The notes under the pieces were generated by a model, which saw only the letters and a program-made list of their open reading frames with translations, was not told the DNA's origin and searched no databases. A stretch of 59,737 bases of DNA from a virus (taxonomy: Duplodnaviria; Caudoviricetes): the IMG/VR virus record IMGVR_UViG_3300034980_000289, positions 1 to 59,737 of that record; one strand, 5' to 3'. Of this stretch, positions 10,101 through 20,394 are shown piece after piece. Within the stretch, counting starts at the first letter, position 1. Every line of letters begins with the position of its first letter. A program made the position numbers and the translations under genes.

Positions 10101-13100
10101 CGTTTGACATTCTCCTTGACAGTATAAGGGTCATAATCATTTTCCATAACTCTGCCATTACTATCTTCTTTTCTCATAGCAAGGGTTTTACCAAAAGCTC
10201 TATTCTTTTCTATTTTTCCTTCTTTCCCTATTAAATTGTCTACTCCTCCATTATTAAATACAAATGTAATGTCATTAAAATTATTGATAAGTTTCCCCGC
10301 CATATCAAAAGGCAAATCAGTCTCACCTATATTTGTTTGAACTCTATCTACAATTTCTTTTCCTTCTATTACTTTAGCAAAGTTAGGAATCCTTAATTCG
10401 CCATTCATATCAGGAGCTATCATAGCATCTAGAGAGTTTTCGTTGTTCATTTTGCGAAGTAAATCAAGCAACGGGCCTTGCATAAAGCGTCTAAGAGTAT
10501 GTCTTATTATCGGATTATCGGATGTCATTCCAACCTCTATAAGTCTCTCAGATAAAGAAATTGCACCTTCTGTGTATCTCATTCCTTCTTGCTTTTTTGC
10601 ATTAAAGAAAATTTGAGCCAAAGCTGAGTTGCCATCATTTCTAGACTTATCAAAATAAGAGACTTTATCAATCATGTCCTCAAGTCCTTGCCATACTCTC
10701 AATTCCTCATGATATCCCCTGCTTTGATAATCACCAATAGAATGAGACCTTGAAGAAGCACTCTTTTCAACATTAACAACGCCTAGACCGATACTAGATA
10801 TATCAACTCCAATTTGATTCTTAACACCTAATTTATTTATTTGACCAATCCAATCATTAGTATTGCCGCCAATTTGGAGAGGCTCTACATTCCCCATTAG
10901 CTTAGCAGAAGACTCACCTAATAAAACATCTATCTTTGAATTATCCATTTTAGCTGCGACAGTAGGGTCATAAACATAATATCCCTTCGCCATCATAGTT
11001 CCATCAGATTCATTGTAAAATGTATAAGGCTTTATACCATTAAATTCATTCGGGTCTCTACCTTTAACAGCTGCTAGAACCTTCATAAATCTTGTTCCAA
11101 TATATTTAACACCATCAATAGAAGAAGCATCTAAGCTTGGATAAAATGTATCTTGTCCATTTTCACGCCTTTCTGCATCTCTCTGCAGTTCAAGCCTCAT
11201 ATTTTTAGCGAGAGCTTTTTGAGCCTTGCTAACATTAGGATTATTTTCCATGGCTTGTAAAGTTCTTTTAACAAGACTTCCAACATGGAATGGGCTTTGT
11301 CTATTCCAACTTCCATCTCCTAGCTTAGCCTCATCACGAAATACACCATAATTAACCTTGTTGTTCTTGTAGTGCATTAAATCTTTTTTGAGATTACCCC
11401 AAGTTTTAGTCCTCTTTATCATATAATTAAAAACTTTTTCATTCATAGCCTGACTTGTTCCACCATTCGCTAGGGCAGCTCTTTGGTGAATCTTAGATTC
11501 CCACAATTGTCTTTCACTAGTATTTTTAAATATGTCTGGGTTTAAATAATCTTTTATCCATCCTTGTTTCATATTGGAATCAATAAATAGTGCAGACATT
11601 TTCAATTCTGTTGTTCTGGGTGTATCTCCACCATTTAATACATCATCCCACATTTTCTTAAAAGATTCCTTTTGAGCCCCTTTTAGGCTCTTTGATGAGG
11701 TATCATACCAATCCCTAAACATAGAATTAAGAATAATATGATTTGGTTTGTTGTTCTCAAAAAGGAAATTTTCTGTACCAACTTTTATAAAGAATGGATT
11801 TTCGCCCTTGCTAGGCATCCCTAGAGTAGCTAATTTGGTGTCAGGCGCAAAAGCAGTACCGTCCTTTGGTAAAAGTTCCTCATATAATTTATGTTCTAAA
11901 TATGTATTTGATATCTTCGCTCCTTCGACGCTGCCCTCCATCAAATCCACAATATATTTATTTAAATCATTCTCCCTAGACCATATATTCACAGAGCTTC
12001 TTCTTGGTCTTCCATATAGCCCAGATTCTTTTCCTTTTTCAATAAGCCTTGGAAGTTGTCCGCTGTTATTTAAATACCAACCATCAAATTGTCGTAAAAA
12101 CTCAACAGTGGGACTTGTAAATCTTGAATCAGTTGGCTCAAAAATTAAATCACCATCAACAAAACGAGCACTTCTTATTTCTCTAGAGTTAATTGCATAA
12201 TGAAGAAGAGTAAGACCGTCTCTCTCTTGAAACTCTCTAACTTTATCATTTATGGCTTGTTGCTTTTTCCACGGAGAAAGATTATCAAACTCCTTACCCG
12301 ACCCCAATCTCTCACGAAGAATTGCATCCATTCTATCTCCAGGATTCGAGTGGTCAGCTATGTCCCGTATTAATTCAGCATCTAACTGATTCGGATTGTC
12401 TTTAGACATTAAATCATATTCTTGACCTATTTGTATAGCAGTTTTAATGTCATCTCTTCTCTGATGCTGGTCTAAAGTTGTTCTTAACCTGTTAACAGCT
12501 TCTTCAAATAATCCTTTATTGGATATATTCTTTTGTAGGTTTAACTGAGCCTCCATCTGAGTTCTAGCTTTTTCTAAATGTTGCCAGCTCACGCCTGGCT
12601 TATCAGCAAAAGCTTGTAGAACATCCGCTAGGGTGTGCTTACTCTCAGAGTCTTTCATACCAGCGAACTCCATTAGAGCCAATTTAGCTTCTCTTTTAGC
12701 TGAAATAATAGACTGAGCCCCAACAGCGCCGTCTTCAGAGTATCCCATTAAAATATTTAAAGCTTTTCTAAATTCGGCTTTTTGATGAATCTCACCCATA
12801 ACGCCCTGCAGTAAACGCTCTCTTACTGTAGTGACATATGTATTCAACTCATCAGATGTTTCCTCATATCCCTCAATATTCATCTCTCTAACTTTTTTGT
12901 TTAAATCTTTACGAAGAGACCTAAATTCTTTAATTAATAGCTTAGAAGCATCCGTTGGTTTGCCAGAAGTTTCTTCTGTATATGACTTTATTAAGTCATT
13001 AAGTCTGTCTCTAACTTGAACCAATGTTTCAAGTCTGTCTCCCAATGGAACATCAATATTAAAGTTTTGAGATAATACATCTGATATTCTAGCTATTTCT

Positions 13101-16100
13101 TTTTCAATCCCAACTGATACCCCAGTCCCTATTTTGTCAACAGCCGCTATAATTTCAGCATTTAAATTCTTTAAGTGTTTTGTATCTCTAGACTCATATA
13201 AAGTTCTTATTTCATTTAACGTAGGCATTCTTAATTCTTTGCCATCGGGAAGAACCTCAGTTGATTCAAGTAGATAACTTTCTTCTACTACATTATCAAC
13301 AGCTTTCATTTCCTTTCTTATTTCTTGAGATTCTTTTAATCTAGCATTCCATTCTGATGAGTTTGGTTCTATCCCCTGTTCTGTCATCATTTTTTCGATA
13401 ACACGGTCGCTCATTACAAAGAAAGTTCCATCACGATTAGGAACAACAAATCCTATTTTCATCCCATCTTTAAATAATTGAGCCGTTTCGACAGGTAGGT
13501 CAACATTGTCTAGATACCTTTTCATGAAATAATCTACACCAAGCGTACCAACTCCATTAATTGACATTTCACTTGGTTTATCACCAAATACTTCACCATA
13601 CGCATCATAGATTTTTTTCATATCCTCTTCAGTGACCTTTACAGTCTCATTATGTCTTTCAGGATTTCGAGTAGTTTGAGACCTCATTTCCCAGAGTTCT
13701 CTCATCGACTGTTTCATAACATTGAAATTTTCTTCTGCCTCTGAGGTAGGTGCTTCTTTTCCTTCTTCTTTTAATGCTTTCTTTTTATCAGCAGAGTCAA
13801 AGATGACCTGTTTGTCCCAATTAAGAGGAAACAAGCCGTTTCTATTAAATAGAGTTTCCCACCCAGCTGAAAATTCTGCAATTGCAGCAGCAGTTTCCTT
13901 AGAAGATGATTTTCCTACGATAAAGTCATATAATCTATTTGCCCTCTTCCATTGTTGAGAGCTTATCATAGCATCTAAGAAAACATTATTATTAATGGAT
14001 GGCTCTCCAGCGTAAGAAGTAAGCATTTGATTAGAGCCAGGATAAAACGACCTAACTAACATAGATTCATATTTCTTAATAACATCTTGAACCGCCTGAA
14101 GTCCTCCTTTTTCGCCCCACCCAACCTTGTCGTTACCTACTTTATCTAGATTTTTACCATCAAATGGTTTTCCTGAGGAGGAAGCAATTCCTTCTCTTTT
14201 CAGTAACTCTATGGTAGTGTGTAAAGAATTAATAGTCCCATTAACACTTGCTTCATCTCCAAATTTAATTACCCCTGCCTTAATAGTTTCTTTGCCATCT
14301 CTTCCTGTTACAAAATCAATTGGAATACCTAAATCCCTCAACTCTTTAAACATCCCAATATATACTTGCTTTACATGCTCTCCCATTAACTCGCTTAATT
14401 TAGCCTTAGCCCCCTGAAAACCTAAGTTTTTAATTGTTTCCCCATCTAATTCCACTGCTTCGAGCTTATCTTTAATTGTTGTCAGTTGCTCTTTACTTAG
14501 ACTTTTAACATCTATCACATCTTTTTCTCCCTTAATCCCACTAGCTTTCACATGAGAATTATAAAGAGTAGCCAGCTCAGCGACTATTTTATGAGTATGG
14601 CTATTGAAAGCATTAAGGTCAACTGCAACCCCCTCTCCACCAGTCCCTTCTAATAAATCAGTTTGTTCCCCCTTAACATTATCAAATATTTCAATAATCT
14701 TCTTAGCATCTGGGCCTGATATAACTTTAGAAACATCTTCCATTGCTTTATCAAATATGAACATTCCTTGTAAATGAGTAGGGTCTATATCAAGAGTTCT
14801 CAATACTTCATGATATCTACCCATATCCATTTGATATTGCATAGCTTCTTTCTTACCCCATTCGCCCTTAGATTTAGTCATCAAACCTGCCATAATCATA
14901 TGAGTATACAATTCTAACGGTTCCATGTGTTGAAATTCGCCATTTTGCCAAGAAGGAGCATTCATAGCCATAGCACCTACTATCATTCTTGGAGAAGAGC
15001 CTAAGAAATCACCTATATAATCCCATTTCCATTTCTTAGACGCATCGGATATAATATTCTTCCTCATTAATCCTAGGTAGTTAATAACATCATCTAAAGG
15101 CATATTATCAACTTCGTTTAGTAATTGCTCTCCAGTCTTTCCTTTAAACACCTGGTCTTTCAAGGCACTTCTATTAACAATATCTTTATGTGTACCATTT
15201 AACATCTGTTTCATTAGATGTCGCATACTACCTTCAGCATTTGCCCCTAAACCATCAGCCATCTTTTGATAGTTAGTGTTTTTAAATTTATTTAGTAATA
15301 ATCCCCATCCTTGCTTAATACTCATATTACCAGTTTTACCTCTAAACCCTGGCAAGCTTCTAATAGCTGGAAAAAGAGCTGACATATATACAGTATTCCA
15401 TGCAACGTGACCTGCATCCCACGGCATATCATGAGTAGATGCTTGTAACTTAGAAGAAACGGCTCCATGTACCCCAAGTAGTGCAATATCTTGAACCGCC
15501 ATACCTAAGTATTTAGCTATTGTATCATTAATTCTTCCTCCAAAAGCTCTTCCAAAGACTTCATGACCCCACTCAGCTATATTATTTACATTGTAACCAT
15601 TTTTCATTACTTTATCTGTAAATCTACCAGCTATGTCGTCAGCCAATCCCCTCATTCTGCTCGGGCCCATCTTAACCCCAGAGTCTTGAAGAGCCCTTAT
15701 AACAGCGTTTACAGAAGCTTGGTTGAAGTTTTTAGTTGCCTGTTCAGCTCCCTCAAGACCTGCCTTTACCCCAGCTAGGCTTGGTATTCTCTTTTTAGCC
15801 TCATTGACTAGCTCTCTTTGAACCGATTGACCTGAAGCCTGTAATTGCTTAGCTATTTGTGTATTTTTTCTAAGACTACCAGCCTTTGTTAAATTTTTAT
15901 GGTCTTTAGGGTAAAGTTTTCCTGCTCTATCTAGAATGCGTTGAGATGATAGAACCTCATCAGCCGCTTTATTTACGCCCTTTACAGCCCCTTTCTTAGC
16001 TATTCTAGAAGCACCAAATCCCAATAGTTTAGCTATTCCTCTAAAACCACCAGGCCCAGGTAAGAATAATGCACCACCCCCAGCTCCAACAGCAGCTGCT

Positions 16101-16474
16101 TTCTCACCACCAGATAAATCTTCCCATTGGAAAGGCTCATCAATCCCCATTTGTTTTGCGAGAAACCCAGGGGCTTCCCATAAATATGATTCTAGTCCGT
16201 ACCAAAGACCAACTCCTAAAGTCTTTAATAAGCTTGAATCTTGTTCAGGGGCTCCGTGAACAGCTTTCCCAAGAGGGGCTCTTTTTGTAGTATTTCCCGA
16301 TGGGGCAGATATTAACGGGGCACTAAAAGTCTTATTAGTCAGTCCCATATCTTGGGATTTCTGATTAGATATATATGTATTTAACTTTGTGAGCTGGTCA
16401 CCATCTAACTCAATCCCCCTTAAAGCTAGTTTATTTAAATACTGCTGTTTTACATTATCGAAATTTTGTGGCAT
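7166..16474 (-). CDS. Giant ejection protein, probable virion-packaged two-barrel RNA polymerase
   Basis: 3102 aa; ordered motifs SIDG..YI, GIKP, AKG, ESSAK, PIPR and DNDGD (9695..9709). Confidence 0.75.
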   Translation of the reverse strand: MPQNFDNVKQQYLNKLALRGIELDGDQLTKLNTYISNQKSQDMGLTNKTFSAPLISAPSGNTTKRAPLGKAVHGAPEQDSSLLKTLGVGLWYGLESYLWEAPGFLAKQMGIDEPFQWEDLSGGEKAAAVGAGGGALFLPGPGGFRGIAKLLGFGASRIAKKGAVKGVNKAADEVLSSQRILDRAGKLYPKDHKNLTKAGSLRKNTQIAKQLQASGQSVQRELVNEAKKRIPSLAGVKAGLEGAEQATKNFNQASVNAVIRALQDSGVKMGPSRMRGLADDIAGRFTDKVMKNGYNVNNIAEWGHEVFGRAFGGRINDTIAKYLGMAVQDIALLGVHGAVSSKLQASTHDMPWDAGHVAWNTVYMSALFPAIRSLPGFRGKTGNMSIKQGWGLLLNKFKNTNYQKMADGLGANAEGSMRHLMKQMLNGTHKDIVNRSALKDQVFKGKTGEQLLNEVDNMPLDDVINYLGLMRKNIISDASKKWKWDYIGDFLGSSPRMIVGAMAMNAPSWQNGEFQHMEPLELYTHMIMAGLMTKSKGEWGKKEAMQYQMDMGRYHEVLRTLDIDPTHLQGMFIFDKAMEDVSKVISGPDAKKIIEIFDNVKGEQTDLLEGTGGEGVAVDLNAFNSHTHKIVAELATLYNSHVKASGIKGEKDVIDVKSLSKEQLTTIKDKLEAVELDGETIKNLGFQGAKAKLSELMGEHVKQVYIGMFKELRDLGIPIDFVTGRDGKETIKAGVIKFGDEASVNGTINSLHTTIELLKREGIASSSGKPFDGKNLDKVGNDKVGWGEKGGLQAVQDVIKKYESMLVRSFYPGSNQMLTSYAGEPSINNNVFLDAMISSQQWKRANRLYDFIVGKSSSKETAAAIAEFSAGWETLFNRNGLFPLNWDKQVIFDSADKKKALKEEGKEAPTSEAEENFNVMKQSMRELWEMRSQTTRNPERHNETVKVTEEDMKKIYDAYGEVFGDKPSEMSINGVGTLGVDYFMKRYLDNVDLPVETAQLFKDGMKIGFVVPNRDGTFFVMSDRVIEKMMTEQGIEPNSSEWNARLKESQEIRKEMKAVDNVVEESYLLESTEVLPDGKELRMPTLNEIRTLYESRDTKHLKNLNAEIIAAVDKIGTGVSVGIEKEIARISDVLSQNFNIDVPLGDRLETLVQVRDRLNDLIKSYTEETSGKPTDASKLLIKEFRSLRKDLNKKVREMNIEGYEETSDELNTYVTTVRERLLQGVMGEIHQKAEFRKALNILMGYSEDGAVGAQSIISAKREAKLALMEFAGMKDSESKHTLADVLQAFADKPGVSWQHLEKARTQMEAQLNLQKNISNKGLFEEAVNRLRTTLDQHQRRDDIKTAIQIGQEYDLMSKDNPNQLDAELIRDIADHSNPGDRMDAILRERLGSGKEFDNLSPWKKQQAINDKVREFQERDGLTLLHYAINSREIRSARFVDGDLIFEPTDSRFTSPTVEFLRQFDGWYLNNSGQLPRLIEKGKESGLYGRPRRSSVNIWSRENDLNKYIVDLMEGSVEGAKISNTYLEHKLYEELLPKDGTAFAPDTKLATLGMPSKGENPFFIKVGTENFLFENNKPNHIILNSMFRDWYDTSSKSLKGAQKESFKKMWDDVLNGGDTPRTTELKMSALFIDSNMKQGWIKDYLNPDIFKNTSERQLWESKIHQRAALANGGTSQAMNEKVFNYMIKRTKTWGNLKKDLMHYKNNKVNYGVFRDEAKLGDGSWNRQSPFHVGSLVKRTLQAMENNPNVSKAQKALAKNMRLELQRDAERRENGQDTFYPSLDASSIDGVKYIGTRFMKVLAAVKGRDPNEFNGIKPYTFYNESDGTMMAKGYYVYDPTVAAKMDNSKIDVLLGESSAKLMGNVEPLQIGGNTNDWIGQINKLGVKNQIGVDISSIGLGVVNVEKSASSRSHSIGDYQSRGYHEELRVWQGLEDMIDKVSYFDKSRNDGNSALAQIFFNAKKQEGMRYTEGAISLSERLIEVGMTSDNPIIRHTLRRFMQGPLLDLLRKMNNENSLDAMIAPDMNGELRIPNFAKVIEGKEIVDRVQTNIGETDLPFDMAGKLINNFNDITFVFNNGGVDNLIGKEGKIEKNRAFGKTLAMRKEDSNGRVMENDYDPYTVKENVKRNQDALKVYTRLRELWEGVDKKGKPLPKRERMNGPKTYGELQKWVEVIAGRSTDAGFIKKVGHMLFKKAGVSSNLFKKADFGLTIEGYPIPRVGYDLATLRVSKMGEKTADHTDGKIVRINSYDQRVGFQRDNDGDRFYLNFDRGIDIMANNMKNFAKVTDYRQMPKESPVINLFGLDENFVAGATQKFGMGDYMGQYEQQKMNVGSAIGIKSALTHLSNAQMSIKLYVGKDRHGNSKYTTFNMLDIANTPYAEGNSPASRKFNAVMRQFIFNQSSVDVNKGTNAIAKEGREALLNAMLFGDRPTDVELSHYLVGKDNSLFWSKGGDTPAAHWGLASREVIKEALKMVREGSKLFNDVYDEGGSRQPTDKEMRKAYGDLQSLFGDSREMNRVLFDRVFKKALAANGGKGNKDLALDTIHLFFGKGQLPGLKEVLNKTGKDKQKILQNLGELFREGLPKNFNVDPIINFNYTKQNSTTVQADRIDLGQAGYILRRLNNKSFLNPRDEVWGNVPREWRRQVGDFADRMVSSIETLALINGHLSTTSIVERITNGDLDTMLEFESVLDSRIDVSVSKAQKRGAVAAALNSELQALKSLDRWYQGERYAPNSEKLLALERRIGSTQKALNYIKDKAWDSIVTDPNAYKHRKSIKSGNGTAVRTNNDKYNLYVWKYRGTADRLADMDSQKLQFVGNIKPKWSYYQKDDGYSYIELRNPLMPTDMTHSDLRHSFGLMAITAHVTARDIVRGNKNQSFSEIDFIDKSEMLIGGLNAEGFQANQLVNQNRARRKEIYTRAKTKSQRLIDAHMREWAFDGKDFDQDMVEQVVKYLITPRSVEGFTTVNVEGGKRIDFPTFKINRRLFTELFEWMDNNGMGYVSEGDKGLTGRIVEEWNASSRGEGAEFEMDRKLYNKGFSTEYNALSTEDANMAGTLVGYTDPMIRKFFDNQGMIVPTSRVEYQNAEGARGFIRFLKRGTIEKPWCK

Positions 16475-18468
16475 TATTTACTATTTACTATTATTTGACT
16501 TAATCTTTTTATCTCTTCTTCATAGAAAGAATCTTTATCTGTAAAATATTTACTATTTTTATTTACTACATTTTTCCTTAATCTTGCTCTTTTCTCTTTA
16601 AGATTAGTTACCTCAGATTGCATTTGCCTAAGAGAAGCTTGCGTCTCATAAATCGCAGTCAATTTATTTTTATAATCCTTATATTCTCCAATTTCTTCAT
16701 AATTGAGTTCATATTGCCCTGTCCACTCTGGATTAGATGTTACATCTCCAGACTCTTTATTCCTAAACATAAGAGGGGTACTATTAAATTCATTATTACC
16801 TATTATTGTAGGCTCCCTAAATCCTATAAACTCCCACTCATGTAGAAAAGAGGGCATTTCTACTCCTTGAAAACTTGGCATAACTCTATCTTCTTCAACA
16901 GGCTTAGGCTCATCAACAAAATTTCTGAGAAATTCCTGTGAGTTAAAAGATTCGGTAAAGGAATCTACTAAAGGAGGAGCTTCTATTGTAAAATTATTAT
17001 ATAGATTATCAATAGACTGCGTTATAACAGTCCCGACTACCTCTTCATCGGTTGATGTGGTATCGGTTGATGTGGTATTTTCGGAATTTATATCTTCACC
17101 TGTTACAAAACCAGGAAGATTTACCCCTGTCCTCCTATCCTTATACATCTGCCTAGTTGTTTCATTTAAAAGGTTTAACTCTCCCATTAAAAAAGTTATC
17201 GAGTCATTCATTTCGCCCATATTAATGAATTCATCTTCAGTCGTAAATGTAGATAAAATACCACTTGATTTCATCAGCTCAAAAACAGACATCGCAATCT
17301 CCCTATCCGCATCAGACGCTACATCTAATTTAGTAAATGCTTGGGACAAATAACCAGCTGCGGATTTGATAACCCTTACCTGTTCATCGGGGCTTGAAAC
17401 TTTAGAATTTGCTATCTCAGCAGCAGACTGCATTAACTCCACCCCAAAAGCTGTACTTATACCATGCTTTTTATGAATTCCATTTACACGTTTTAAAAGA
17501 TTATCCTGAAACGTTACCATAGACTCCAAAGCATCGTCAGCATCTGCATATTTCATGTGGGGTAATTGATAAGCAATAGATGTAGTCTTGTGAACTATTG
17601 ACGCAGCAGTTAATTCAGCTTCTTTCTCTATGTCACCCACTTGCCGATTAAAATCAGCATCTTGGTCTGCTTTTATACCTGCATATACTTGATTAACAGC
17701 TGCCATCTTAGCAACTTCACTATTTTGAACCAACTGAACCTGCTGAACAATCTTATTCCACATATGGTCATTATCTGATAAACCTTCAAATATAGTACCT
17801 GGCTTATCTAAGGATATTCTCAAGTTCTTATACTCTCCCTCGTCAACTGTAAGATTAGCTTTATATTGTAGAAAATCATCCAATTTAGGATTTAGATTTT
17901 TGTCTTTAGAATCATGATACCATTGAGGGGCTTTAGTGTCCACATACATATCAAGCTCCTGGGCAATCTGAATATTCTTTTGTTTTTGTTTAATTCTATC
18001 TTCTAAAATATCATTATATTTAGAAGTGGTACTCATAATATCAGCTATACTTAAATCTCCTTGATTAATGAGTCCAGAATTATTCTTTAATTCAGTTGCA
18101 AAGCTTTTAAGTAAATCACTTCCATCTTTAGTTTGCTCATAATAAGGTAATTTAGATAGAGTATCCTCCGAGTAATTAAGACCTTTTAATTGCTCTTCTA
18201 AAGTAGACTCTTTTTGTTTTAAATCGTTACTTAAGTTTCTTAAGCTGGTTAAATGCTGCATCCCCAATTCATGTTGTACTCTCTCGGATTGCATTTGTTC
18301 TTGTGAAGCAATTCGCTTGTCTTGAAGTAAGACGGATTGTCTAAAAGCATCGTCCATCCTTTTATCTTCTCTATACATCCTCTCCATAGAAGCTAATGAA
18401 CTAAGAAAATTTGCCCCACTTTGAGCATAAAATCTATCAGTAAACTGTTTCTGATTATTACCGTTCAT
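16474..18468 (-). CDS. Putative ejection protein (coiled-coil)
   Basis: 664 aa, Q/K/E-rich helical sequence, coupled to the giant gene. Confidence 0.55.
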   Translation of the reverse strand: MNGNNQKQFTDRFYAQSGANFLSSLASMERMYREDKRMDDAFRQSVLLQDKRIASQEQMQSERVQHELGMQHLTSLRNLSNDLKQKESTLEEQLKGLNYSEDTLSKLPYYEQTKDGSDLLKSFATELKNNSGLINQGDLSIADIMSTTSKYNDILEDRIKQKQKNIQIAQELDMYVDTKAPQWYHDSKDKNLNPKLDDFLQYKANLTVDEGEYKNLRISLDKPGTIFEGLSDNDHMWNKIVQQVQLVQNSEVAKMAAVNQVYAGIKADQDADFNRQVGDIEKEAELTAASIVHKTTSIAYQLPHMKYADADDALESMVTFQDNLLKRVNGIHKKHGISTAFGVELMQSAAEIANSKVSSPDEQVRVIKSAAGYLSQAFTKLDVASDADREIAMSVFELMKSSGILSTFTTEDEFINMGEMNDSITFLMGELNLLNETTRQMYKDRRTGVNLPGFVTGEDINSENTTSTDTTSTDEEVVGTVITQSIDNLYNNFTIEAPPLVDSFTESFNSQEFLRNFVDEPKPVEEDRVMPSFQGVEMPSFLHEWEFIGFREPTIIGNNEFNSTPLMFRNKESGDVTSNPEWTGQYELNYEEIGEYKDYKNKLTAIYETQASLRQMQSEVTNLKEKRARLRKNVVNKNSKYFTDKDSFYEEEIKRLSQIIVNSK

Positions 18469-18959
18469 TAATCGCCTCTCAAATTTTTAACTTTTGACAT
18501 AATTGAACCCGCTGTTCTTTCAGCTGTGCTAATCTTAGAAAATACATCCTGGAAAGCTTTTATTTTCATATCTTGACCAGTAAACTCTAAATCTTTCTTT
18601 CCCTGGTCATATAGTTTCTTCATAGAATCAACTGCATTATCTACACCAGCTACTCTTTTATAATTTCTTGCCATTTTAGCTGGAGCATCCATAGCAGTTT
18701 GATAAATATCTCCTAGCTTATCTCCAACGCTATGCATTAGTTTTTTACCACCGTGCTCTAATTTCTCAGACACTATATCCATACTACCATAAAAACTTTT
18801 GCCGACACTACCTATCGCCCCAACGGTCTTAACAGCTGCCTTCTCTAATACGTTAGCTTGTTCATCTGCTATTGCTTGCTGCTGGGCTCCTCCAATCATA
18901 TTGATTAAGAGCTTTCCTCCTTGATATACTGCGTATGCTGTTAAAGGGTCTACTGGCAT
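18468..18959 (-). CDS. Putative ejection/internal virion protein
   Basis: N-terminal MPVDPLT...GG...GGAQQQA, typical of small pilot proteins. Confidence 0.55.
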   Translation of the reverse strand: MPVDPLTAYAVYQGGKLLINMIGGAQQQAIADEQANVLEKAAVKTVGAIGSVGKSFYGSMDIVSEKLEHGGKKLMHSVGDKLGDIYQTAMDAPAKMARNYKRVAGVDNAVDSMKKLYDQGKKDLEFTGQDMKIKAFQDVFSKISTAERTAGSIMSKVKNLRGD

Positions 18960-19753
18960 TATTCAAATCCTTTCAATTTTCTTCTAGCGAATTGTCTACC
19001 GCCAACATATGAGTCGTACATAGTATCTCCAAACAAATCCCTTGCCGCATCTCTAGCTTCCTCAGATGTCATATCCTGACCTCCCGCCCTGCGAGCCTGT
19101 CTAGTTAAGCTATTAATATTCTGTTGATTAAATTTTTCTTGATACTGAAGAGAAGACTTATCTGTGCCACCCATAAATTCTTTATGAAATTTCCCCATTT
19201 CTATACCTCCCATACTACGTCTAGGATTTGAAACTTCAGGCATATCTTCATATGGAGATTGAGAGGCTTTCCAAGGCTTCTCCTCACTATATTGCCCAGG
19301 GGCAGTATACGACTTATTTACAGTCCCATATTCAGATACATCTCCCAAAGATTTAGTCCCCCCTGCTTTATATAAATCAGACATATTTTTTAAGTCAGTC
19401 CCACTTATTTGTTGAAATTGTTCCACTCCCTCTTTATCTTTAAAATATCTTGTATGCATTTGGTCTTTATCAACTCCTTGATATGTGTCCCAAAGAGACT
19501 CAGGTTGCTTATATTCAAAACCAGATTCTTTAGCTACATTTGCAGCGTCAGCATGTTCTTGAGCACCCTCTTGATATCCCTTAAATAGAGAAAACCCAGC
19601 GTCTAAAGTTTGATTCCATCGACCTTCTTTAGACTGCTGTTCTCTCATTTTACCAAAATAAGACCCAGTAGCTTCACTAACACTTCTTGATGCTTCTGAG
19701 AAATCCGAGTAAAACTCTTGTGTTCCTGTTACTATATCTCCATATCCAGCCAT
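18959..19753 (-). CDS. Putative internal virion protein
   Basis: AAGGAG RBS; G/S/Q-rich; first gene of the ejection cluster. Confidence 0.55.
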   Translation of the reverse strand: MAGYGDIVTGTQEFYSDFSEASRSVSEATGSYFGKMREQQSKEGRWNQTLDAGFSLFKGYQEGAQEHADAANVAKESGFEYKQPESLWDTYQGVDKDQMHTRYFKDKEGVEQFQQISGTDLKNMSDLYKAGGTKSLGDVSEYGTVNKSYTAPGQYSEEKPWKASQSPYEDMPEVSNPRRSMGGIEMGKFHKEFMGGTDKSSLQYQEKFNQQNINSLTRQARRAGGQDMTSEEARDAARDLFGDTMYDSYVGGRQFARRKLKGFE

Positions 19754-19815
19754 TGTTTCTCCTTCGCAGAATTTACATTCTTTTGAGAATTATTAATAAT
19801 CATAAATTTACCTTT

Positions 19816-20394
19816 TTATAAACCACCACCACCTCCAGAGGTATCATACACAGTTATATTTTCACTAAGTATAGTTTGAGACCCAGAATCATCACAAAAA
19901 AATCTTTCAAATGCAGTACTGGATGGGACTACCTGGCTTATAGTCCAAAAATCTGTCCCACCACCAGCGCCAAGAGTATGAAGCCATCGGAATGTAGTCG
20001 ATGTCCTTGTAAAGCTAGAAGTACTATCATTCCCACTAGTTCTATCATCTTGCCATTTACTTCCTAACCAACTAGTATTCGGAGTCATTACTCTGCTTTG
20101 ATAATAGGTACCAGGACTAGAATAAGCCATTGTAGCAGTTATATAGGTATTAGAAGACAATGTAAAAGCATTGCTTGTCGGAGTGGGGCTAAAGGTCATA
20201 TCTCTTGAATTAGGGGCAAATGAAGCCCACATCTTAACATTAGTAGCACTACCGCTATTTGCACAATCAGCTCTTAATGATGTTGCAGTTGTAGAACCAC
20301 CAGTTTGGTTACCGCTTCCAGCAGCAATCAAACCTAAATCAGATAATTTGCAATTTGATGCAGAGCTAAACGCCACAACTACACTTCCTTTCAC
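19816..20394 (-). CDS. Putative tail/receptor-binding accessory protein
   Basis: S/T/G-rich beta-type protein downstream of a tail fibre; true start probably near 20376. Confidence 0.5.
   Translation of the reverse strand: MKGSVVVAFSSASNCKLSDLGLIAAGSGNQTGGSTTATSLRADCANSGSATNVKMWASFAPNSRDMTFSPTPTSNAFTLSSNTYITATMAYSSPGTYYQSRVMTPNTSWLGSKWQDDRTSGNDSTSSFTRTSTTFRWLHTLGAGGGTDFWTISQVVPSSTAFERFFCDDSGSQTILSENITVYDTSGGGGGL

Noticed and set aside
17047-17076. 15-bp tandem duplication ATCGGTTGATGTGGT x2
   Set aside because: Simple in-frame TTSTD linker duplication with no evidence of special function.
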